From an uncultured Oceanospirillaceae bacterium (GTDB lineage: Bacteria; Pseudomonadota; Gammaproteobacteria; Pseudomonadales; Balneatricaceae), in contig CAKZPE010000016.1 in the NCBI GenBank assembly GCA_937138495.1, positions 7,977 to 71,976 on the forward strand: a stretch of 64,000 bases of DNA. Direction: 5' to 3'. Every line of letters starts with the position of its first letter. Position 1 is the stretch's first letter. Below, piece after piece: positions 20,402 through 28,791 of the stretch. Below the pieces are notes generated by a model, which had not been told where the DNA came from, ran no database searches, and worked only from the letters and a program-made list of their open reading frames with translations. A program made the position numbers and the translations under genes.

Positions 20402-21463
20402 ATGGAACTGAAACATCTAGCCATCCGCGAACTGCTTAAAAATGCTGACGAAACTCAGGCAACTATCAGCAACCGGGGTGGTCCGGTCGATATTCAGGCC
20501 CCGATGGCACAACGGCTGTTTGATACTCTGGTGTCTGCCTATGGCCGCCGCGCTGCCCTGACCCACGGTTCTTTCACTGTTGAAGATCCGGACAGCCATC
20601 CGTTTATTCTCAATTTCCGCCAGTTCATCAGCGGCACGCCGGATGACAGCGACTTCCTGAGCCTGTGTGATGTCGCTATGGAGCAGCTGGCCGCATCCCT
20701 GAGCTCTGAATCAGCCTCCGCAGCCACCGGCGGATACGTCATCTTCTGCCACTACAGTGCAGATGTATTTGATTACCTGCTGGTTGCCCTGGTACGGGAT
20801 AAAAACGGCGTTGCCTTCGACGGTAACCTGCATCCGACTCAGGTCATCGAGCTGGATCTGGATAAACTGCATCAAGCCGCCAAGATCAATATCTCCACGT
20901 ATAAAGAAGGCACCGACAGCTACCTGAGCTTCATCGGCACCAAGCGTAAAGGAGACATTACCCATTACTTCTCCACCGCACTGGGCTGCAGCGACGTGGT
21001 TCCGGCCCGTCAGGCTACCTCCGAACTGATCCGTGCCACTGAAGATTTCTGCCGGAAAAACCAGCTGCAGGACAAACAGGAAGCCATTGTTGATGACGTG
21101 GTGGGTTACCTGTCCAAGCAGCGCAGTGAAAAGCAGTCTGCTTACCTGCCGGATATGGATGAAATTTTTGCCCAGCACATTCCACCGGAACAGGCTGAAA
21201 GCGGCACTGAAACCTTTGGCAGCTTTGCCAACTCAGAAGACTACCAGGTGAGCCACGAGTTCCAGCCGCACACCAGTACCATTAACAATTACACCAAAAT
21301 CAAAGCCAAGGCTGATAACTGGCAACTGGACTTCTCCAAGCGCTCACTGGGTGAACTGAACTCCACCAGCGATATTCAGTTTGACCCGAATACCAACAGC
21401 CTGATTATCCGCCGCCTGCCAACCAAGGTGGTTGATCAGCTACGCGAAGCACTGGACGACTAA
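20402..21463 (+). CDS. yejK: Nucleoid-associated protein YejK/NdpA
   Basis: 353 aa. The blocks VIFCHY, DYLLVALV, YLSFIG and the C-terminal RLP...QLREAL are collinear with E. coli YejK. Confidence 0.85.
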   Translation: MELKHLAIRELLKNADETQATISNRGGPVDIQAPMAQRLFDTLVSAYGRRAALTHGSFTVEDPDSHPFILNFRQFISGTPDDSDFLSLCDVAMEQLAASLSSESASAATGGYVIFCHYSADVFDYLLVALVRDKNGVAFDGNLHPTQVIELDLDKLHQAAKINISTYKEGTDSYLSFIGTKRKGDITHYFSTALGCSDVVPARQATSELIRATEDFCRKNQLQDKQEAIVDDVVGYLSKQRSEKQSAYLPDMDEIFAQHIPPEQAESGTETFGSFANSEDYQVSHEFQPHTSTINNYTKIKAKADNWQLDFSKRSLGELNSTSDIQFDPNTNSLIIRRLPTKVVDQLREALDD

Positions 21464-21474
21464 CCACTCCCCCC

Positions 21475-21497
21475 GACCGGCCTCCCACAGGCCGGTC
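21475..21497 (+). terminator. Hairpin downstream of yejK (weak terminator)
   Basis: GACCGGCC-tcccaca-GGCCGGTC forms an 8-bp GC stem. The T-tract is poor (ACGCGTTTCCC). Confidence 0.4.
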
Positions 21498-21622
21498 ACG
21501 CGTTTCCCGCAACGGCTGCCTGTTGCCGGAACATCATCATTCTGTCATATCCCGTTGCTATCTTGCTGGCAAATCAATTGTGCAGAGCACAGAATCAGCC
21601 GCCAAGCGAGGGCAAAGATTAT

Positions 21623-21642
21623 TTTGCTGCACTGCACAAAAA
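21623..21642. promoter_or_regulatory. Distal TGCA-rich operator-like site upstream of the phasin gene
   Basis: TTTTGCTGCACTGCACAAAA shares the core TGCA-N-TGCACAA with the two sites nearer the promoter. Confidence 0.4.
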
Positions 21643-21802
21643 ATAAAAAATCAGGTAACTTCTGAAAAATAATTATCGGCTTTCAACAAACCGGATCCGC
21701 AACCTATTTCGCAGATATAAGCCGATTTATCCTATATAAAACAATATATTGCTAAGAGAAGAAACGCATTTAAAGAAACACCCTGAAATTTTCTGAGTTA
21801 TT

Positions 21803-21823
21803 TTTTTGTGCAGCGCACAAAAA
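21803..21823. promoter_or_regulatory. Perfect palindromic operator abutting the -35 of the phasin promoter
   Basis: TTTTTGTGC-AGC-GCACAAAAA has 9-bp perfect arms and ends 5 nt before TTGACA. Confidence 0.5.
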
Positions 21824-21828
21824 AATAT

Positions 21829-21856
21829 TTGACAGCTCTGAAAACCGGCTTACAAT
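21829..21856 (+). promoter_or_regulatory. Candidate sigma70 promoter of the phasin gene
   Basis: TTGACA (21829-34), a 16-nt spacer, then TACAAT (21851-56). GGAGA RBS lies 6 nt before ATG 21904. Confidence 0.45.
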
Positions 21857-21865
21857 AAGCCACAT

Positions 21866-21883
21866 ATTGTGCACTGCACCAAT
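21866..21883. promoter_or_regulatory. Third TGCA-rich operator-like site just downstream of the -10
   Basis: ATTGTGCACTGCACCAAT has the same core as the other two sites. It sits near the predicted transcription start. Confidence 0.45.
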
Positions 21884-21903
21884 CAATTATATGGAGATAC
21901 ACC

Positions 21904-22209
21904 ATGACCGCTAACATCGATTTTCAAAAGTCTTTCGAATCAGTGAAGTCTCTGATGGAATTGCAAGCGCAAACTATCAGCAAGTCTGTTGAACTGCAGA
22001 AGCAATCCGGCGAACAGCTGACTGCTTTCTTCAAGCAGGAAGCCGAAAAAGCTCAGACACTGAAGACACCTGAAGACGTTGTAAAATTCAACGTTGACGC
22101 AAACACTGCACTGTTCCAGCTGCTGAAAGCTCAGGGTGAAGCATTCACTTCTCTGGCTAAAGAAGCAGGCGAGTCTGCAATGAGCGAAATGACTAAAGCT
22201 GCTCAGTAA
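21904..22209 (+). CDS. Phasin-family (PHA granule-associated) protein
   Basis: 101 aa, Ala/Gln/Glu/Lys-rich and helical. N-terminal F..S....K.L.ELQ....K..E.Q pattern typical of the phasin (PhaP) family. Strong RBS and terminator. Confidence 0.7.
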   Translation: MTANIDFQKSFESVKSLMELQAQTISKSVELQKQSGEQLTAFFKQEAEKAQTLKTPEDVVKFNVDANTALFQLLKAQGEAFTSLAKEAGESAMSEMTKAAQ

Positions 22210-22231
22210 GTTTACTTAACAGCTGTAAAAA

Positions 22232-22268
22232 AGCCCCGCCAGGTTTTGCCTGGCGGGGCTTTTTTTAT
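22232..22268 (+). terminator. Intrinsic terminator of the phasin gene
   Basis: AGCCCCGCCAGG-TTTTG-CCTGGCGGGGCT followed by TTTTTTTAT. Confidence 0.85.
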
Positions 22269-22321
22269 ATCTGTTGAAAGCCATTTATCAATGCTCAAAA
22301 GGCTTCAATGCCCAAAAGGCT

Positions 22322-23116
22322 TCAGTGCAAAGAAGGCCCGATTTCGCTGACCTGCAGAATTGGCTGGCCAGCACTGTCCAGTGCCAAAGCGCCCTGCTCA
22401 ACGGCATAATCCATTAACTGGCTCATGATCATGTCTGTAAGATGGGCACTGATTACCAGCCCTGCCGGCGGATCACCTTCAAACATCTCATCGTCGACCA
22501 TGCCATCAGCCCGCAGCCCCAGCAGTAACGGATTCTCTGCCACCAGCGGTGCAATGTCGTCCGGGGCGAATACCGAATAGTCTGACGCGACCTCTAAAGC
22601 CAGGTTATAGGCATCCGCTGCTTCAGTGGCCAGACGCTCCTGATAGACCGATTCAGCCAGCCCCATCACTTGCGTCAGTTCAGAGCGGCCAGGCTTCTGC
22701 ATATTCTGCTTCGCCAATTCGCTGTCACTGTAATCCATCACCGGAGCACTGACATCATCCAGCTGGCGATGATCCTCGTCGGATAAACGGCCTTCCGCAT
22801 CCGGGGTTAACCAGCCCTGCTCGGCCGCTATACCAATGAGCGCTTCCAGCATACCTGCAGCAAGGTTCACGCTGATGATCATTCCCACGCTCGGATTCGC
22901 AGCCTCTTCCGCATCGGCAATCATGCCACCGGGACGGGTTGCCAGCAGCGTCGGATCTTCCGCAACGACCAGCGCCAGATGGTCTGCCTCAAGGTAAAGA
23001 TGCTGATTACGCAGCTCCATCGCAACCCGCAGGGCGCTCTCACCGCCAGACGCTGCCATGGCAGTCAGATAGTCCTGCTGCACCTGTTCAACGATGTCTG
23101 CTAATAACTGGCTCAT
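22322..23116 (-). CDS. Acidic protein of unknown function built from two tandem homologous domains
   Basis: 264 aa. Residues about 25-112 and about 165-255 align: VAE(D/N)P.LL..R..GM..D, (I/V)IS..L, AxEQG.L..D..G. Confidence 0.65.
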   Translation of the reverse strand: MSQLLADIVEQVQQDYLTAMAASGGESALRVAMELRNQHLYLEADHLALVVAEDPTLLATRPGGMIADAEEAANPSVGMIISVNLAAGMLEALIGIAAEQGWLTPDAEGRLSDEDHRQLDDVSAPVMDYSDSELAKQNMQKPGRSELTQVMGLAESVYQERLATEAADAYNLALEVASDYSVFAPDDIAPLVAENPLLLGLRADGMVDDEMFEGDPPAGLVISAHLTDMIMSQLMDYAVEQGALALDSAGQPILQVSEIGPSLH

Positions 23117-23373
23117 GTTTTTCTCCGGCTAGACGCAAATTTTTCAACTCGCAGATCAGCACTCTTTACTAATGTTTAACAAAGGCGTGTCGATAGCCTT
23201 TATATGGCAGGCGTTATAACGCCTGTCACGTTATACGTTTTTCCGCCAGACAGGGGTCAGTATGAATATTCAATTACCACCGCCGCTACCTGAAGACGAA
23301 GATGAAGGTAAGGTATACGTATTATCGGATAACTGAAAACGGCTAAGCAGCCGGATACCTTAAACACCTGTCA

Positions 23374-24015
23374 TTAATGATAGGTCAGACCGATCAGCTT
23401 AATCTGAGATTTAAGCGTGTCGAAGTGGTCCCGTAATTCCGACATCGGACGTAAACCGAAGTCCAGAGGATCGGTCGGCAATTCATACCAATCCAGGGTC
23501 GATACCCGGGTCATCAGATCGTATTCGCCAATCAAAGCGTCCAGATAAATCATCACCGCTTCAATGCGCGGCTCCATATCCAGACTGGCAGGCAGCTCCT
23601 GCATATACACGGCCATGAATAATTTGCCGTTCTCTATGCGGAAGCTGTACCAGAACTCTTTAAGCTCAATGACGTCTTCACCCAGATGGATATAAGCCGG
23701 TACCGGATCATAACGGTGATTAAACGCAATGAAGCGAATTCCGCCGATACTCGGTGCCGCACCCACAAGGCTCAACACACTGCTGATGGACTCAGGGTAA
23801 CCGTCACAGCCAAACACCATTTCAACCGGACCGTCTTCTTCATCCCGTTCGAAATGAAATGTCAGGTTACGGTCAATCTTCTGCAGGGAGTTACGATACT
23901 CCAGCAACAGATTATCCGCATCGAAGTTATTATCTGCTTCGCTGCCGAGCAGATTATCGATGGTGTTTTCCAGCTGCTGCCAGAAACTGAGAATATTTTC
24001 CTGCCGATGAATCAT
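23374..24015 (-). CDS. Hypothetical protein translationally coupled to dcd
   Basis: 213-aa ORF whose ATG overlaps the dcd stop (ATGA at 24012-24015). No motif recognised. Confidence 0.65.
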   Translation of the reverse strand: MIHRQENILSFWQQLENTIDNLLGSEADNNFDADNLLLEYRNSLQKIDRNLTFHFERDEEDGPVEMVFGCDGYPESISSVLSLVGAAPSIGGIRFIAFNHRYDPVPAYIHLGEDVIELKEFWYSFRIENGKLFMAVYMQELPASLDMEPRIEAVMIYLDALIGEYDLMTRVSTLDWYELPTDPLDFGLRPMSELRDHFDTLKSQIKLIGLTYH

Positions 24016-24578
24016 GTGCGCGGAACAACCACTCCGGTCTGTCCCTGGTACTTACCGTCCCGGTCTCTGTAGGAGGTTTCACAGATTTCATCCGCGCCCA
24101 GGAACAGCATTTGTGCAACCCCTTCATTGGCGTAGATTTTAGCCGGCAGTGGCGTAGTGTTAGAAAATTCCAGAGTAACGTGCCCTTCCCATTCAGGTTC
24201 CAGCGGTGTCACGTTCACGATGATGCCACAACGCGCATAGGTACTTTTACCCAGGCAGATGGTCAGCACATCACGGGGAATTTTGAAATATTCAACCGTC
24301 CGCGCCAGGGCGAACGAGTTTGGCGGAATGATGCAGACATCAGACTTCACATCGACAAAGCTGCCTTCATCAAAGTTCTTCGGATCAACCACTGAAGAAT
24401 TGATGTTGGTGAAGATTTTGAATTCATCTGCACAACGGACATCATAGCCATAGCTTGATGTACCATAGGAAATAAGTTTTTCTTCATCACGGCGACGCAC
24501 CTGTCCCGCCTCAAAAGGCGCGATCATCTGATGTTCTTCGGCCATGCGGCGAATCCAACCGTCCGACTTAATACCCAT
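24012..24578 (-). CDS. dcd: dCTP deaminase
   Basis: [16 protein letters not shown]...[21 protein letters not shown]...[49 protein letters not shown] is nearly collinear with Pseudomonas-type Dcd. The track extension to 24650 contains the apbC terminator hairpin. Confidence 0.93.
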   Translation of the reverse strand: MGIKSDGWIRRMAEEHQMIAPFEAGQVRRRDEEKLISYGTSSYGYDVRCADEFKIFTNINSSVVDPKNFDEGSFVDVKSDVCIIPPNSFALARTVEYFKIPRDVLTICLGKSTYARCGIIVNVTPLEPEWEGHVTLEFSNTTPLPAKIYANEGVAQMLFLGADEICETSYRDRDGKYQGQTGVVVPRT

Positions 24579-24637
24579 AGTTACAATATCCGTCAGTTTA
24601 ATCTTAAAAAAGGCGACAATCTTAACGTTTTTGTCCA

Positions 24638-24673
24638 AAAAAAACCGCATTTTTTCATAAAAAAATGCGGTTA
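24638..24673 (-). terminator. Intrinsic terminator downstream of apbC
   Basis: Minus strand reads ACCGCATTTTTT-ATG-AAAAAATGCGGT followed by TTTTTTT. Confidence 0.7.
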
Positions 24674-24723
24674 ATTTAAACCCTGATCAACAGGGCCACG
24701 GGCAGCCTGCCCGGCGGCCTGAA

Positions 24724-25815
24724 TCAGTCGTTCACAATGGAAATATTCGGCATCGCCACAGGGGCTTCAGCCCGCTTCGCCAGCAAAGCACCAACCTTAC
24801 GTGCCATATCACGGTAGATGGCCGTTTCCTGGCTGTCCGGTGCGCTCACAACCGTCGGTGCACCGCTGTCAGTCGATGTGCGGATACCCATGGTCAGCGG
24901 CAATGCACCCAGCATCGGAGCCTTATACTGCTCCGCCAGCATTTCGCCTCCGCCATGACCGAAGATCGGCTCACTGTGGCCACACTCACTGCAAATGTGC
25001 AGGCTCATGTTCTCCACCACACCTAATACCGGAATCTCAACCTTGCGGAACATCTCAATGCCCTTCTTGGCATCCAGCAAAGCAATATCCTGCGGCGTCG
25101 TCACAATCACGGAACCGGTAACCGGTACCTTCTGAGACAACGTCAGCTGGATATCACCGGTCCCCGGTGGCATATCAATAAACAGGTAATCCAGTTCATC
25201 CCAGACGGTTTCCGTCAGCAGCTGCTGCAGCGCACCACTGGCCATCGGGCCACGCCATACCATCGGCTGGTCGTCATCAATCAGAAAACCGATCGACATC
25301 ACCTGCAGACCATGGGCTTCAATCGGTGCCATATTCTTTTCACCGACCGGCTGTGGCCGGGTACCCGGGGTAACCCCCAGCATCATCCCCTGGCTCGGGC
25401 CGTAAATATCCGCATCCATCACACCGACGCGGGCACCTTCAGCTGCCATGGCCAGCGCCAGGTTAACCGTGGTGGTGGACTTACCCACACCGCCCTTACC
25501 GGACGAAACCGCCACAATGTTCTTCACGCCTTTAAGCGCCTGCAGACTGCCCTGTACCTGGTGCGCACTGACGTTCGTAGTAATGCTGGTTGTTACTGAC
25601 GTGGCACCCACGGCGGTTACGGCATCGCTCAGGGCCTGTTTAATATCCGCTTCAGCACCTTTGCAGGGATACCCCAGCTCAAGAGAAATGCTGACTGCAC
25701 TGCCCTCAACACCCAGCGATTTCACTGCATTGGCGCTGATATAATCCTGTTCTAAATACCTATCCTGCACGCCGGCAATTGCCGCCCGTACCTGATCATT
25801 TGTTAAGCTCGTCAT
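24724..25815 (-). CDS. apbC: Fe-S cluster carrier ATPase ApbC/Mrp
   Basis: Deviant Walker A SGKGGVGKST and the CxxC motif (ICSECGH). The N-terminal DUF59-like domain is typical of Mrp/ApbC. Confidence 0.9.
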   Translation of the reverse strand: MTSLTNDQVRAAIAGVQDRYLEQDYISANAVKSLGVEGSAVSISLELGYPCKGAEADIKQALSDAVTAVGATSVTTSITTNVSAHQVQGSLQALKGVKNIVAVSSGKGGVGKSTTTVNLALAMAAEGARVGVMDADIYGPSQGMMLGVTPGTRPQPVGEKNMAPIEAHGLQVMSIGFLIDDDQPMVWRGPMASGALQQLLTETVWDELDYLFIDMPPGTGDIQLTLSQKVPVTGSVIVTTPQDIALLDAKKGIEMFRKVEIPVLGVVENMSLHICSECGHSEPIFGHGGGEMLAEQYKAPMLGALPLTMGIRTSTDSGAPTVVSAPDSQETAIYRDMARKVGALLAKRAEAPVAMPNISIVND

Positions 25816-25916
25816 AAGGTTATCTACTCTTGGCTCTTAATACCCTAGTGATTTTGTCGGGAATTATGCGCCATCTGTTTTCGGAAGGCCAGACCAAATC
25901 CGGTATTTCAATGGCA

Positions 25917-26279
25917 TCAATGGTCGGAATGACCAACAGACAGGAATGACTCCGCTGCAATAACAGCCTGCACAGCCTCTGACGCCGAACTCACCAGCAT
26001 CTTTGCAACACAACAATGACCTGCTGCAGCAAAATGTGCACGCAAGAGTGCGTTTATATCTGATAATGGCAGCTGCAGCCCCACCGGTTCAGGCAAAACC
26101 TGCCCCTTCACACGCTGCTGTAACAGGTAACATTGCCCTTCGCTGTCTGTTAAACGGTCATCTGCAGCAAAAAAATGCTGCGCATAATCCGCCTGCCAGT
26201 CCGCCAGCGAGTGGATAACTGCCAGTTCAGGATCACCCTGATAGTGCAACAGTGCCGGCCAGTGAATTTCTGTATTCAT
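25917..26279 (-). CDS. Hypothetical protein (120 aa)
   Basis: ORF placed 11 nt after the isochorismatase-family gene on the same strand. No motif recognised. Confidence 0.5.
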   Translation of the reverse strand: MNTEIHWPALLHYQGDPELAVIHSLADWQADYAQHFFAADDRLTDSEGQCYLLQQRVKGQVLPEPVGLQLPLSDINALLRAHFAAAGHCCVAKMLVSSASEAVQAVIAAESFLSVGHSDH

Positions 26280-26290
26280 AAGTACCTGTA

Positions 26291-26887
26291 TCAGTGTGGC
26301 TGTGGCAACGCCTGCAGCAATTCCCGGGATTCACATACATGACAATACTCCCCGTGAAGATTGCTCAGGAAGGTCCAGTGTACATCGTCAGCACACAGCT
26401 GCCGGCCATTTAACAGATCCATGGCAAAGGCTGCGCTGGCATCCTCCGGAACCAGTACCCGAAAGCCCAGCCCACTGGCAACACGGACGGTTGCATCAAC
26501 AGAATTGTTGCTGAGTACACCGCAAACAACCAGCTCAGTTATCTCTTGCTGCCGCAAATGTGCTTCCAGCTCTGTGCCAATAAAGGCACAGTTCTCCTGT
26601 TTGGTCAGAACTGTTTCATCTGCAAGCGGCTCAGCTTCATACTTAAATGAGAAAAAGTCGGAAGAAGGATGATACGGAGAATTCTCAAATCTGGATGCAT
26701 GACGCACATGCACCACAGGCAGGGCACGGTCACGCCAGAGAGTAAGTAAAGCGCCAATCACCTGTTCTGCATCCGGGTTATTACGGCTGTAATCAGAATA
26801 GCAGTCGATAGCATCCTGAACATCGATAATCACCAGTGCGGGATTACCGGAAATAAACAAATCCTGATCTGTGCCTGGCAGCATCAT
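26291..26887 (-). CDS. Isochorismatase-family cysteine hydrolase
   Basis: ALVIIDVQ near the N-terminus and a catalytic Cys context (LVVCGVLSNNSV) typical of the family. The first ATG is at 26887; the track start at 26896 is TTG. Confidence 0.8.
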   Translation of the reverse strand: MMLPGTDQDLFISGNPALVIIDVQDAIDCYSDYSRNNPDAEQVIGALLTLWRDRALPVVHVRHASRFENSPYHPSSDFFSFKYEAEPLADETVLTKQENCAFIGTELEAHLRQQEITELVVCGVLSNNSVDATVRVASGLGFRVLVPEDASAAFAMDLLNGRQLCADDVHWTFLSNLHGEYCHVCESRELLQALPQPH

Positions 26888-27032
26888 TACGCCCAATCCC
26901 TGCTCCTCAGACTGCCAGTTTCAGTGTTGTAATAATGGTTTGGCTGGCGGCAGTCATATTATTGTCATAAGTATGACGGGCATTAATGACAGTTTTTCAG
27001 CACGACAGCAAGGCGCCAGATCAACTTACACG

Positions 27033-27239
27033 CTACTCCAGCTTCTGCAACTGAACACTGCAGCGTTCAGTGAATGCATTGTACTGTCCTCTGGTCAGAA
27101 ACAACCGGTGCACCGCCGGATTATTCTGCCGGCCTTTATCCAGAGTTTGTTTTTGTGCATAACCATAGCCGACAACTGCCAGGGTCTGACAGTCCAGCTC
27201 AACAAAATACCGGGTATCTTTATCCTGTGGTTTATCCAT
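27033..27239 (-). CDS. Small hypothetical protein (68 aa)
   Basis: The ATG lies 5 nt after the stop of the GFA-family gene. No motif recognised; coding status is uncertain. Confidence 0.4.
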   Translation of the reverse strand: MDKPQDKDTRYFVELDCQTLAVVGYGYAQKQTLDKGRQNNPAVHRLFLTRGQYNAFTERCSVQLQKLE

Positions 27240-27244
27240 GCCAC

Positions 27245-27592
27245 TTACTCCATGCCAATGCCATCAGTTGCGCGCACCGGAATACCCGCAGGGTCAAAAT
27301 CATCCAGGCAGTACACATTCACCCCAAAATAATCCGGAGTAACCCGTTTTCGATGAAACGGATAAATACCACACACACTGCAGAAATAATGCTGTGCCGT
27401 ATGGGCATGAAAGGTATAGGTGGAAAGTACATCTTCACCGCTGAGAATCTTTATCTGACGCTCATGCACCTTCACCATCAGGGCATTCTTACGCCGGCAT
27501 ATCGAACAGTCACAGGTAGTCAGTTCCGGAAAGTCCGTCTCAATTTCAAAGGTCACTGCCCTGCAGTGGCAGGCCCCATAATAAATACCCAT
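27245..27592 (-). CDS. GFA-family (glutathione-dependent formaldehyde-activating / CENP-V-like) Zn protein
   Basis: GACHCRAV....CDCSICRRK....CSVCG is the Cys pattern characteristic of the GFA domain. Confidence 0.8.
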   Translation of the reverse strand: MGIYYGACHCRAVTFEIETDFPELTTCDCSICRRKNALMVKVHERQIKILSGEDVLSTYTFHAHTAQHYFCSVCGIYPFHRKRVTPDYFGVNVYCLDDFDPAGIPVRATDGIGME

Positions 27593-27645
27593 TCATATGC
27601 TCCTTTCAAACTCTGGTACTGAGGATGTTACACATAGCCGTGTTA

Positions 27646-28650
27646 TCACTGTACGTGTAACACCCCGCTTTTATCCAGCCTGTATTGCTGCAAATCTTCC
27701 GCAAGAAAGACCTCGCCGTCATACACTGCCCGGGCTTCATCACGGAGTATCTCCACCGAACAGGACGCATTCGGATTCAGCTGATAACGGGGGCTGAAAT
27801 GCGTCAGCAACAGATTAGGAGTGCGGCTTTGTTCTGCGAATGCCGCCACCTGGCCGGCATAGCTGTGGCCATATTCTGCCGCCTGCTTTGCCAGATCTTT
27901 CGCATACGTTGCTTCATGCACCAGTACATGGCAGTTATGACACAGATATTGCAGCACCGCAGGCTCAGCATTATCACCGCCCACCACCACTTTTCTGGGC
28001 CGGGTATCAGTAATCACATAATCACGGGCACGAAAAATCTGGCCTTCATAATTCACATCCTCCCCGGACTTTAACCGTCCCCAGTCTGGTCCGGCGGGTA
28101 AATCAGAGGCTCTGAGCGCATTCACATCCAGCTCACCGTCTACCCAGTTTTCGGTAAAACTGTACGCATAAGACTCTACCCTGTGCACCAGAGGTGCAGC
28201 GGCAACATCGAACTGGCCAAACGTCATCCCGGGGGATTCATCATCCGGGTTAAACATCAGCGCTTCAGGCAGAATGAAATTAAGCTCAAAAGACAGATGA
28301 AATGCGGTAAAACGCTGCGTCGCTTCAATCCATTCCCGGATGCCTTCAGGGGCAACAATGGTCAGCGGTGCTGTACGCCCTGTCATTCCTGCACTGCCTA
28401 GCAAACCCGGTAAACCGTAGCAGTGATCCCCGTGCACATGGGTAATAAAAATCGCTTTTAACGTATTCAGCGACAGTTTCGTATGCAACAACTGATGCTG
28501 TGTTGCCTCTCCGCAATCAATCAGATACCAGTCCCGGCCTTTGCTTTCCTGCAAAGCCAGCCCTGAAACATTACGCCGCTTAGTTGGCGTTCCGGAAGAT
28601 GTACCTAAAAACTGAATAAACACGCTGTAACAACCTGCCTGTAAAAACAC
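27646..28650 (-). CDS. Metallo-beta-lactamase fold hydrolase, ribonuclease Z-like
   Basis: FLGTSSGTPT N-terminus and the HVHGDHCYG (HxHxDH) motif. Both candidate starts are GTG (28650 or 28623), so the start is uncertain. Confidence 0.75.
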   Translation of the reverse strand: MFLQAGCYSVFIQFLGTSSGTPTKRRNVSGLALQESKGRDWYLIDCGEATQHQLLHTKLSLNTLKAIFITHVHGDHCYGLPGLLGSAGMTGRTAPLTIVAPEGIREWIEATQRFTAFHLSFELNFILPEALMFNPDDESPGMTFGQFDVAAAPLVHRVESYAYSFTENWVDGELDVNALRASDLPAGPDWGRLKSGEDVNYEGQIFRARDYVITDTRPRKVVVGGDNAEPAVLQYLCHNCHVLVHEATYAKDLAKQAAEYGHSYAGQVAAFAEQSRTPNLLLTHFSPRYQLNPNASCSVEILRDEARAVYDGEVFLAEDLQQYRLDKSGVLHVQ

Positions 28651-28791
28651 GATATCAACAGTGTGCCATAACAGCCTGCATACCGCTGCCTTACGATGAA
28701 AATTCAGGGTTCACCACTCCGCCGGTATCCGGTTTATGAACTAACCTTAAGGACCCCATTGCTGCAAACTAACACCGACAGGAGGTACGTC

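Noticed and set aside
21432-21665. 77-aa ORF in the yejK-phasin intergenic region
   Set aside because: It overlaps the yejK 3' end and terminator hairpin and runs through operator-like repeats. It has no RBS and an odd composition.
23262-23336. 24-aa mini-ORF (MNIQLPPPLPEDEDEGKVYVLSDN) with an AGGGG RBS-like element
   Set aside because: It is too short to evaluate without conservation or translation data, so I do not list it as a feature.
24579-24650. N-terminal extension of dcd suggested by the ORF track ([24 protein letters not shown])
   Set aside because: The extension covers the A/T-rich terminator hairpin of apbC. The family N-terminus begins at MGIKSDGW (ATG 24578).
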